Notes: generated by a model from the sequence alone, not told the origin. 8,109 nucleotides of DNA from Caedimonas varicaedens (GCA_001192655.1 BBVC01000096.1:1-8109); one strand, 5' to 3'; numbered from the stretch's first letter, positions 1 through 7,070 are shown. Translations and numbers: made by a program.

Positions 1-8
1 TTTTAAAG

Positions 9-22
9 GTTTTTAGCTATAT
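9..22 (+). repeat. Copy 1 of a 14-nt direct repeat (gtttttagctatat), a putative IS terminus
   Basis: Matches 214-227 at 13 of 14 positions (only position 4 differs, t vs g). Its core atagctat is palindromic. Confidence 0.6.
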
Positions 23-202
23 GACGTTGATTTTACCTCTGCTTCCTCACACGCCGAGTACCTCTATACCCTGCTGCCGTCAGAAAACGAAGACGACGCG
101 GAAGACTTTAATCCCATCGAGCATAAATGGGCACAAGCAAAAGCAATTAGACGCAAAAAAAGGTGTTCTATCGAGCAATTATTTCAGGATAATAAAATAT
201 GA
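17..202 (+). pseudogene. IS630-family DDE transposase, C-terminal fragment (about 60 codons, no start, degenerate)
   Basis: My own frame-2 translation is LYDVDFTSASSHAEYLYTLLPSENEDDAEDFNPIEHKWAQAKAIRRKKRCSIEQLFQDNKI*. DFNPIEHKWAQAK matches the conserved D(L/F)NPIE..W..K block that holds the catalytic Glu of IS630/Tc1 transposases. The expected LPPYSP just upstream is disrupted (YTLLPSENEDDAE). A TAG at 14-16 closes the frame upstream. The 66-aa ORF in the supplied track (21-221) is a different frame with no recognisable content. Confidence 0.5.
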
Positions 203-213
203 CCGTTTTATAT

Positions 214-227
214 GTTGTTAGCTATAT
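214..227 (+). repeat. Copy 2 of the 14-nt direct repeat (gttgttagctatat), the putative right terminus of the IS remnant
   Basis: Lies 12 nt after the transposase-remnant stop codon and matches 9-22 at 13 of 14 positions. Confidence 0.6.
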
Positions 228-248
228 TTACAGGATGTAAGGCAATGG

Positions 249-374
249 ATGATCGTTTTTCTCATCCTGTTCACTGTCCTTTTTATCGTTTCGATCGGTG
301 TGTGGACAGAAACGACATCACGGCTTCATACGGTCATTGACCGCATTTCAAATTTGGTAATATCGCAGGAGTAG
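249..374 (+). CDS. 41-aa single-pass membrane ORF of uncertain status: possible 3' remnant of tssL/dotU, detached TM1 of TssM, or an independent small membrane protein
   Basis: Translation is MIVFLILFTVLFIVSIGVWTETTSRLHTVIDRISNLVISQE*. It has one clear hydrophobic helix, and a weak SD (AGG, 240-242) lies 6 nt upstream of the ATG. The frame stays open upstream to the TAG at 219-221 inside the IS end. The stop TAG (372-374) is 9 nt before the tssM ATG and in the same frame. The ORF is below the length cutoff of the supplied track. Confidence 0.35.
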   Translation: MIVFLILFTVLFIVSIGVWTETTSRLHTVIDRISNLVISQE

Positions 375-383
375 GGAAGAAAG

Positions 384-3300
384 ATGATCGGTAATTTACT
401 TAACGCCTTACAGCCTTATCTTCCAGAAATATATTTCTTTTCCATTGCGCTTGGGACAATCCTGCTGATATTTTTAGTTTTATATGTAGCACGATCTATC
501 GGACGGACTCTTCGCCGTAAAACTTGGACGCGCAACCCCCAGAAAAACGAGAAAAAATCCCGACATTTTGTTGAATCCATTATTGGGTATAAAAATAAGC
601 TTCGAGAAAAAACTGAAAGATTAAAAACGTCTTTTGGATGGGTAGAAAAAAATGAAATTTCTGCCAGTTTTTTCAGGACGCTGAATATTCTAAAAACCTA
701 TATTGGTGTGCGTGAACCTCAATATGAACTTCCATGGTATTTATTGTTGGGAACAGAAGAAGCTGGAAAAACAACTCTTCTGGAAAATATTGATTTAGAG
801 CTTCCTATTGGGACGCCAGAATATGAAGGTTCAGCGGAACTTTCAAAGTTGGGATGGCATTTCTTTGACCAGGCTGTTGTGATTGATCTTAAAGGGGAAG
901 TTCTTCTGGAAAAAGATGATCTGCGTTCGGATCAGGAATCATTTGAATATATTGTTAAATTGTTCACTCAATTTCGTATCAAGCGTCCCCTTGATGGCCT
1001 TATTTTGGTCATTCCGGCAGATGAACTTTTGGACGGTATGCGCTTTTCGCAAACTGAAACAGAAGAACGGGCAAAATATATTTATACTCAGCTTTGGAAA
1101 TTACAAACAAGACTGGGCATGAAAATGCCCGTCTACGTCATGATTTCAAAATGCGATCTTATTCCGGGCTTTCAGAATTTTGTTTCTGAAATTTCACCTG
1201 GATCTCATCAGGATATTTTTGGGTGGTCAAGTCCCTATAATCTGGAAGCAAGTTATAGTTCTGCCTGGGTGTCTGATATTTTCAATCATGTGTTAAGATC
1301 CCTTAACAAAATTCGCTCCTCTATTTTTGCTCATAACCCCAAACAATTTACACATGGGCAAGACGGTAACTTTGTTTTTCCCATAGAATTTTCCCAACTT
1401 AAAAGCTCTCTTTCCACTTATTTGGATACTATTTTTAAAGATAGTACCTACTATGAATCTTTCTTCTTACGTGGTGTTTATTTTTGCGGAAGAACCCTTT
1501 CTCCAGAAAGAGGGCTTGACGTCGCGCCTCTTTCCCTGCCGGCGGCACTTGGAAAAAAACAAGAGCCTTTATCAAGAGAATGGCGTCAAAAAGTTATTTT
1601 CCTGAGAGATTTGTTTGAGAAAAAGATCTTTAAGGAAGCTGCTCTTGGGCAGCCCATTCGCCGACTTTTAGTTTCCACAAATCGATTATTGAATAGCACC
1701 AAGGTTATTGCGGCTTGTATCGTTGTTTTTTGGGCGGTAGGCATATGGGCTGCCCATAATTATTTGAGTCAGGGTGTTAGGACAATGATGCCCGCTCTCA
1801 GTCAAATTGATGCTTCACTTATCGGGCTGAAAAATTTTACGCAGGGAGCAGATGATCCCAAGCGACAAAACTATCTGGTGGAACAATCAGATAAGATTCT
1901 AGCCAGTTTTTCTGGAATTCATACTGTTAATATGAGTTCTTTTTTCTTGCCGATTTCCTGGATGAGCAAAACTGATCAGCATATTTTAGAATGTGTCGCT
2001 AAAGCATACGATTCTATTATTTTTCCATCTCTTTATAGTGGATTGATGAAAAAAGCTGGAGAAGTTGTTACTGTAACTCCTGCTCGCCATTCTTCAGAAC
2101 AGCAAGCTCAAGGCGTTTTAAACCCCCTTCGCCTGAGTTCGTTTAATCAGCTTAATGGCTATGTTGCCAACATCCTGACTCTTGAAAAATTTATTGAGAG
2201 TTATAATAGACTGACAGAATCTCAAAGTATCGTAGATCTTGGTAATCTGATTGGATATCTTTATAATAAGACTTTGCCAGGACAATTTTACCAAAACAGC
2301 GATTATTACAAGGATGCTCTGGCACAAGCGGCGGGACAACCCGTCGATTTATCTGCCTACAGAAATACTGCCATAGAAAAATTGGGCATCCTGTATCGTC
2401 TCTTTATAGAAGACGCTTTCAATCTTCATAATAGTTTTCCCATGTTTGAAACGCTGACCAAAAAATTGTCTCAGTTAGCTGATGTGAGTGTCATGCGGAC
2501 GATAGATGATGGAGAGATCAGGGAAATTGGCGAGCAATCTGTTGCTGTTGCTGATGCCTTGTCTGGGGGGCAGTTGGGTTGGATTGAACGCAATTTCTTT
2601 GACCCTGGTCCTATTTTTTCGACATTGCTTAATAACGTTATCCAGTCATCCTTATTGGGGAATGAAATTGCAGGAGAACTTTCAAGGCTTGCGGATACTG
2701 AATTTATTAAATTCAAATTAGCCTTGCAAACCTATAAATCAACACTTACCGGACCCTTTTTTGATACACGCCAGGGACAGGCTGTTGCGGCTCCCTCTAA
2801 AGGACTGATTCAATTTATAGATGCCCTAACTGCTTTTCTGGATGCACCCTTTATGGGCAAAACAACAGAGTATTTTCTTTATCTGAAAATTCCTCAACGA
2901 AAGCTTTTGTTTTGGGATGAAAACGTTTTGAGCAGAGCTTCGAAACTCATTGAATTATATAATGAATTTGCTCTTAAAAAACTTAAGACTCAACCTTCAC
3001 ATTTGCAACCTATCATGAAAATAGTGGGGCGTAACAGCGTACGCAAAAAAGTCATTAATTACATTGCTGAAGCACAAACCTTTCAGGATGAGTCCCCTGA
3101 AGATAGTTTTGCTCAACGTGAGCTTTTGCATGGTCAAGTGCAGAATATCGCCCTTGTCACTCCTTTATTCGCCAAAATTTTAAGCTCTTTTTATGATGGA
3201 GACTCAGTTGTGCAACATGCGCGTCTTCGAGAACTGTTGGTGCGGGAAAATTATGGGATTTTAAGCAAAATAGAAAAAATGCTTGAGAATGATAACCTCT

Positions 3301-4622
3301 ACGATTCCAATGGGAACGCCTTTATGGATTGGAATGGAGAACCGATGATTGGTATCAGGGCGTTTGGAGTACATGATGTGAATGATATGAAAGCTTATCT
3401 TAAAGCACAACGTTTCCGTCTTCATTTCCTTGCCAAGGAAATGGCTGAACCCGTCTTGACCCTGTTAAGTCTGGGGTATTTGGAAGATGTTCCCATTGAT
3501 TTGCCCCTCGCTTCTCGATGGACGCGGATTATTTCTGCTTTTGATGATTATGATAAACAAAGCCCTGGGAATACCCTTAAAGTCCTCGAACAATTTCTGA
3601 CCTATGATATTAACGAAATCACCCTTGATAATTGTTCAACGCTTGCGGATAAGGTTGAAGATTTCAGCGACGGCGACTATTTTCTTGAGATACGCGGCGA
3701 GATTGCTAATGATTTATTAAAGCGCTGTCGTCTGATTGGGCATCAAAAATTCTATGAGCGTTATAATCAGGCAGCGAGCTTTTTTAATATAAATCTTGCA
3801 GGACGTTTCCCCTTTACACCGCGAGAAGAAAAAGAAATAGGACTTGAAGCTGATCCTCTGGATGTTGCTGCTTTCTTCCAGCTTTTTGATGCGATTCCTA
3901 AAGAGGAATTTGTCAAAAATATCAGGAACATGGATAATTCTTCAACGTCCCTCAAATTTATAAGAGATGTTCAAAGCATTCGTCCTCTCATGTTGGCAGC
4001 ATTGGATCAGGGCACAGAAAATGCTATCCCCCGCATTGATGTTGAAGTGACGTTCCGCACAGATCGTCCTCAGGAAAGGGGCGGAGAAAAAGTCATCGAC
4101 TGGAGCTTTCAAATCGGCGGGCAGGAAATTGACTTTCGTGCTACCAACCCTCAGGGAACATGGCAGGTTGGTGCCCCGATTATGGTGAATTTTCGTTGGG
4201 CTCAGGATGCAGAAAGTCTACCCATTCCGGATCCAAGAAAGCCCGGTCTCTCTGTCTCTGATTTTACAGCGACCTATTCTTATGTGGGAAGATGGAGTTT
4301 GATTCGTCTTATTAAGGGTCATAGCGTTTATCAAGGGGATTATCGCAAAATCTCAGGTCCTCGCCCACAAGTGCTGGAATTTCAGATTCCGACAGCGTTT
4401 AATCCAGAGTGTTATCGTGGAGATAAGCCGCTTCCTATTGAAAGACGCAGTGAAGAAGCAAAAGTATATTTAAGAGTGGCGCTTAAAGAACCAGGGAAGA
4501 TCATTAAAGGCGCAAAAGATAATGTAAGTGCTCAAAAAGCAACGCTTCTGTCTGTGCCAATTTTCCCCGTAGAAGCACCTCTTTTGGAGGTTCGCCCTAA
4601 CCAGAGATCCAGAAGAGAGTAG
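384..4622 (+). CDS. tssM: Type VI secretion system membrane-complex protein TssM (IcmF family), 1412 aa
   Basis: Uninterrupted 4239-nt ORF. The N-terminal TM (about res 16-39) is followed by a strongly basic segment. ELPWYLLLGTEEAGKTTLL carries Walker A GxxxxGKT (res 123-130, nt 750-773). AVVIDLKG is Walker-B-like. DGLILVIPADELL and MPVYVMISKCDLIPGF (SKCD at res 255-258) match conserved TssM NTPase blocks. A second TM lies at about res 441-457 (nt about 1704-1754). The long periplasmic portion ends in an IcmF_C-like block (DWSFQIGG...YVGRWSLIRLIKG...LEFQIP) and a C-terminal PIFPVEAP tail. SD-like AGGAG/GGGA lies upstream of the ATG. Confidence 0.93.
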   Translation: MIGNLLNALQPYLPEIYFFSIALGTILLIFLVLYVARSIGRTLRRKTWTRNPQKNEKKSRHFVESIIGYKNKLREKTERLKTSFGWVEKNEISASFFRTLNILKTYIGVREPQYELPWYLLLGTEEAGKTTLLENIDLELPIGTPEYEGSAELSKLGWHFFDQAVVIDLKGEVLLEKDDLRSDQESFEYIVKLFTQFRIKRPLDGLILVIPADELLDGMRFSQTETEERAKYIYTQLWKLQTRLGMKMPVYVMISKCDLIPGFQNFVSEISPGSHQDIFGWSSPYNLEASYSSAWVSDIFNHVLRSLNKIRSSIFAHNPKQFTHGQDGNFVFPIEFSQLKSSLSTYLDTIFKDSTYYESFFLRGVYFCGRTLSPERGLDVAPLSLPAALGKKQEPLSREWRQKVIFLRDLFEKKIFKEAALGQPIRRLLVSTNRLLNSTKVIAACIVVFWAVGIWAAHNYLSQGVRTMMPALSQIDASLIGLKNFTQGADDPKRQNYLVEQSDKILASFSGIHTVNMSSFFLPISWMSKTDQHILECVAKAYDSIIFPSLYSGLMKKAGEVVTVTPARHSSEQQAQGVLNPLRLSSFNQLNGYVANILTLEKFIESYNRLTESQSIVDLGNLIGYLYNKTLPGQFYQNSDYYKDALAQAAGQPVDLSAYRNTAIEKLGILYRLFIEDAFNLHNSFPMFETLTKKLSQLADVSVMRTIDDGEIREIGEQSVAVADALSGGQLGWIERNFFDPGPIFSTLLNNVIQSSLLGNEIAGELSRLADTEFIKFKLALQTYKSTLTGPFFDTRQGQAVAAPSKGLIQFIDALTAFLDAPFMGKTTEYFLYLKIPQRKLLFWDENVLSRASKLIELYNEFALKKLKTQPSHLQPIMKIVGRNSVRKKVINYIAEAQTFQDESPEDSFAQRELLHGQVQNIALVTPLFAKILSSFYDGDSVVQHARLRELLVRENYGILSKIEKMLENDNLYDSNGNAFMDWNGEPMIGIRAFGVHDVNDMKAYLKAQRFRLHFLAKEMAEPVLTLLSLGYLEDVPIDLPLASRWTRIISAFDDYDKQSPGNTLKVLEQFLTYDINEITLDNCSTLADKVEDFSDGDYFLEIRGEIANDLLKRCRLIGHQKFYERYNQAASFFNINLAGRFPFTPREEKEIGLEADPLDVAAFFQLFDAIPKEEFVKNIRNMDNSSTSLKFIRDVQSIRPLMLAALDQGTENAIPRIDVEVTFRTDRPQERGGEKVIDWSFQIGGQEIDFRATNPQGTWQVGAPIMVNFRWAQDAESLPIPDPRKPGLSVSDFTATYSYVGRWSLIRLIKGHSVYQGDYRKISGPRPQVLEFQIPTAFNPECYRGDKPLPIERRSEEAKVYLRVALKEPGKIIKGAKDNVSAQKATLLSVPIFPVEAPLLEVRPNQRSRRE

Positions 4623-4626
4623 GAAA

Positions 4627-5754
4627 GTGCCTGAAGATTTAGAATCTCTGGATAAACCCATCCAAATGCTTTTACATCCTATTCCTGGAAAAAATTCAGC
4701 GGGAAAAGCTTTGATTTATGATCCTGCTTATGATGAAATTCAAGGCGCTCGTACAGCTGAAGATGAGAACCTTCCTCAAGGAATTTGGCAGCGTCCTATC
4801 AAAAAAGTGGATTGGAATAGAGTTGAATCTTTATGTATGAATGCACTGACAACACAATCAAAAGATCTTCAAATTGCCGCATGGCTTGTGGAATCGTGGA
4901 TTCATCTTTACGGGCTTAAAGGGCTTATCAATGGCCTTGGCATGATTCACGAGCTTTGTGAAAAATATTGGGAATCTCTCTATCCCTTGCCACGTGATAA
5001 TGATATGGAATTCCGCTTTTCTCCCTTTGAATGGATGAATGAGAAAATTCTTATTATTTTGCGTATGTTTCCTATTACATCACCGGCTTCAGAAAGAGCA
5101 AAAAGTTACACCCTTCTTGATTGGCAATCTGCCTCTCAATTGGCGGGAATGACAGGAATAGCCCAACAAAATATGTTGAGTCGAATCCAAAAAGAAGGCG
5201 GCGTTACACGGGATCAGTTTAATACGAGCAGAGATGCAACGCCTACAGAATATTATCAGAATATCAGGATACAAGCACAACAACTTCTTGATGTCATCCA
5301 GAGTCTCAATGAGTTTATTCATAATAAAAATCCCGCTTTCTCAGGGGTTCTTCATCACATTCGGGATGAAGTGAAAAATATCATGGGATTTGCTGATGTC
5401 ACTTTATCAACCCGAGGAATAACATCAGCACATCCTGATGCGAAATCTATGCAAGAAGAAAGTTTGAAGCTTTCATCACAATCTCTCTCACCTAGTAAAG
5501 GAATATCCATGGAACAAAAGCTATCTGGCCCCGTTACTATTTCCAGCAGGGAAGAAGCCTATTCTCTCCTTGACCAAGTTGCAACGTACCTTTCAACCAT
5601 TGAACCACATAGCCCAACACCTCTTTTAATTCGTCGGGCTATTGCGTGGGGACAGATGTCGCTCAGCGAAGTGCTGCAAGAGCTTGTTCAGGATAAGAAT
5701 GATTTTCTGAAAGTGCAAAACCTTTTAGGGATTCCTAAAAAAAACACTGAATAA
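4627..5754 (+). CDS. tssA: Type VI secretion system protein TssA (ImpA_N family, short form), 375 aa
   Basis: The N-terminus looks like ImpA_N: LLHPIPGKNSAGKALIYDPAYDEIQ...VDWNRVESLCMNALTTQSKDLQIAAWLVESWIHLYGLKGLINGLGMIHELCEKYWESLYP. A Ser-rich linker follows, then a C-terminal block SREEAYSLLDQVATYLSTIEPHSPTPLLIRRAIAWGQMSLSEVLQEL typical of TssA C-terminal domains. A GTG start at 4627 lies 4 nt after the tssM stop, suggesting coupled translation. An alternative ATG at 4666 would remove 13 residues. Confidence 0.85.
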   Translation: MPEDLESLDKPIQMLLHPIPGKNSAGKALIYDPAYDEIQGARTAEDENLPQGIWQRPIKKVDWNRVESLCMNALTTQSKDLQIAAWLVESWIHLYGLKGLINGLGMIHELCEKYWESLYPLPRDNDMEFRFSPFEWMNEKILIILRMFPITSPASERAKSYTLLDWQSASQLAGMTGIAQQNMLSRIQKEGGVTRDQFNTSRDATPTEYYQNIRIQAQQLLDVIQSLNEFIHNKNPAFSGVLHHIRDEVKNIMGFADVTLSTRGITSAHPDAKSMQEESLKLSSQSLSPSKGISMEQKLSGPVTISSREEAYSLLDQVATYLSTIEPHSPTPLLIRRAIAWGQMSLSEVLQELVQDKNDFLKVQNLLGIPKKNTE

Positions 5755-5792
5755 AACAAACAGGTTAAAAGAGAAATTTAATCAATCAAATA

Positions 5793-6281
5793 TCAGCCTG
5801 CAATCGATGCTTGGGATAATTTATCGATCGCTTTCTGGAAAAGCACATGTTCCAATTGCTCGTTGGCATGGATAGTCATAACATTTTTTGACGCGTGCAA
5901 GGCCACCTGGATGGCTTTTTCTTCAATTTCCTTCAAGGCTTGTTGTATGGAAAGTTGAATTCTTTCATTTAATTGATATTCTTCCGATTTAAGGTGTTGG
6001 TCAATCTCAAGTGCCGCCTCTTTTTTGAGGTGTGCAATTTCTTTTTTTGTATGGATCATAATCTCTTCAATACGTTCATTCATATCGCGTTGAAGGCGCA
6101 TTGCGTGATTTAATAATTGCTGTGCCTCTTCCTTGAGAAGTTGTGCTTCCTCAATATCTCGCACAATATTTTCAGCACGTGCATCAAGCTTTTGAGTCAG
6201 GGAAATCCATGACTTTTTTCCTGTTAGACCCAAAAGAGCAACAAACGCTAAAAACATCCAAAAAGATGGATCAGTGACCAT
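5793..6281 (-). CDS. atpF: F0F1 ATP synthase subunit b
   Basis: From the ATG at 6281 the product reads MVTDPSFWMFLAFVALLGLTGKKSW..LDARAENIVRDIEEAQLLKEEAQ. This is one N-terminal TM followed by a long charged helix, typical of subunit b. It is the last gene of the a-c-b'-b order. I prefer the ATG at 6281 (GAAAGG SD ending 6 nt upstream) over the track's TTG at 6311. The ATG lies inside the end of the b' gene, giving an 11-nt overlap. Confidence 0.85.
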   Translation of the reverse strand: MVTDPSFWMFLAFVALLGLTGKKSWISLTQKLDARAENIVRDIEEAQLLKEEAQQLLNHAMRLQRDMNERIEEIMIHTKKEIAHLKKEAALEIDQHLKSEEYQLNERIQLSIQQALKEIEEKAIQVALHASKNVMTIHANEQLEHVLFQKAIDKLSQASIAG

Positions 6282-6774
6282 TGACAACCTTTCTTGCCAG
6301 TGTTTCAGCAACCGCCTGTTTAACTTCTTTCCCTGGACTGGAGAGTGATCCTATGTGTTGAACGATAGTTTCTGTAACTGATTGTGCGATCTCTTGAACT
6401 TCTTTAATCGCGGTGTCCTTACGATCAGCAACCTGCGCTTCATGAGAAAGGAAAAGTTCCTTAATACGAGAAGAAATCTCGCGTTTGGCTTTCTCTGTTT
6501 CCACAGAAATTGACTTAACTTCCTTTAAAATTTCCTCATGAGATTCTTTGCGTACTTTTATTAAGTGTTGTTCAAATTCCCGTTGTATATCATCCGCCCG
6601 CTTCTTGAGTGTTGCCGCCAGTTCCTTTTTGCCTTCGATACGTTCTTCGCGTTCATTCAAAATTTTTGTAAGACGCGGCAACATAACCCTTATTGAAACA
6701 ACCAACAGCGTCGTAAAGCAGACAAATAACCAGAAAATTTGAGACGTATACGTCGTTACATCAAGTTGCGGCAT
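6271..6774 (-). CDS. atpF2: F0F1 ATP synthase subunit b' (second b-type subunit)
   Basis: The N-terminus MPQLDVTTYTSQIFWLFVCFTTLLVV...LPRLTKILNEREERI matches the characteristic MPQ(L/F)D...SQIFWL start of alphaproteobacterial b'. It has a single TM plus a charged coiled-coil-like remainder, and sits between c and b. Confidence 0.85.
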   Translation of the reverse strand: MPQLDVTTYTSQIFWLFVCFTTLLVVSIRVMLPRLTKILNEREERIEGKKELAATLKKRADDIQREFEQHLIKVRKESHEEILKEVKSISVETEKAKREISSRIKELFLSHEAQVADRKDTAIKEVQEIAQSVTETIVQHIGSLSSPGKEVKQAVAETLARKVVNGH

Positions 6775-6796
6775 GACAATTTCTCAATAAGGGTTT

Positions 6797-7024
6797 TCAA
6801 GCCTTGAAAAGAATAATCAGTGAGACGGTAAAGGCCAAAATCCCAACAGCTTCGGTTAAGGCTGCACCGATATAAGCCGGAATCATCACATCATTCTTGA
6901 CCGAAGGGTTACGTGCAATAGCCTTAATCAGGTTGGAAAAAATGTTTCCTACACCAATACCAACGCCCAAAAGAGCGATAACAGCAAGTCCTGCGCCGAT
7001 TAATTTAGCAGCTCCAATTTCCAT
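6797..7024 (-). CDS. atpE: F0F1 ATP synthase subunit c (proteolipid), 75 aa
   Basis: Two-helix hairpin with GAGLAVIALLGVGIGVGN, a polar ARNP loop, and the ion-binding carboxylate in AALTEAVGILAF. A strong SD (AGGAG) ends 7 nt upstream of the ATG. Confidence 0.95.
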   Translation of the reverse strand: MEIGAAKLIGAGLAVIALLGVGIGVGNIFSNLIKAIARNPSVKNDVMIPAYIGAALTEAVGILAFTVSLIILFKA

Positions 7025-7070
7025 TCCCTATCTCCTTATGTTTTTTAATGTTGTATTTATATATGGTTTG

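Larger units (their letters stand above)
1..226 (+). mobile_element. Degenerate 3' end of an IS630/Tc1-mariner-type insertion sequence: transposase tail plus terminal repeat, no intact transposase in the window
   Basis: Frame 2 (codons 17-202) carries an IS630-like transposase tail. The stop at 200-202 is followed 12 nt later by a terminal 14-mer, gttgttagctatat (214-227). The same 14-mer with one mismatch occurs at 9-22. No start codon and no upstream DDE region are present. Confidence 0.5.

Noticed and set aside
21-221. 66-aa ORF from the supplied track (MTLILPLLPHTPSTS...)
   Set aside because: It is the wrong frame over the IS remnant. Its translation is low-complexity with no recognisable motif, while frame 2 of the same DNA gives the IS630-like DFNPIEHKWAQAK tail.
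646-652. A7 homopolymer in tssM considered as a slipped-strand phase-variation or frameshift site (a second A7 at 155-161 lies in the IS remnant)
   Set aside because: Runs of 6-7 A are expected in Lys-rich coding sequence of an AT-rich genome. The tssM frame is intact across the run and no alternative frame continues productively.
883-4661. Short ORFs overlapping tssM: 883-1122 +, 2118-2339 -, 2471-2716 -, 2506-2721 +, 3767-3955 -, 4470-4661 -
   Set aside because: All are nested in or antisense to a 1412-aa ORF with strong family motifs. They have no SD, and their translations are compositionally odd. They are typical shadow ORFs.
5089-5322. 77-aa antisense ORF inside tssA
   Set aside because: It is a shadow ORF opposite a well-supported coding frame, with no independent signals.
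5796-5840. Two palindromic ATCGAT sites about 14 nt apart inside the 3' end of atpF, considered as a terminator stem
   Set aside because: The stem would be only 6 bp of AT-rich pairing with a large loop and no T-tract, and it lies inside coding sequence. It is not credible as an intrinsic terminator.
6282-6311. TTG-extended start of atpF given by the ORF track (TTG at 6311)
   Set aside because: The extension lacks an SD and adds non-conserved-looking residues. The internal ATG at 6281 has a GAAAGG SD and gives a canonical subunit b N-terminus.
6797-7024. Possibility that the c subunit is Na+-specific
   Set aside because: Aligning on the ARNP loop, the position of the Na+-ligand Gln in Ilyobacter-type c subunits is Val here. 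The carboxylate Glu is followed by Ala-Val rather than Ser/Thr. This looks like an ordinary H+-type c subunit.
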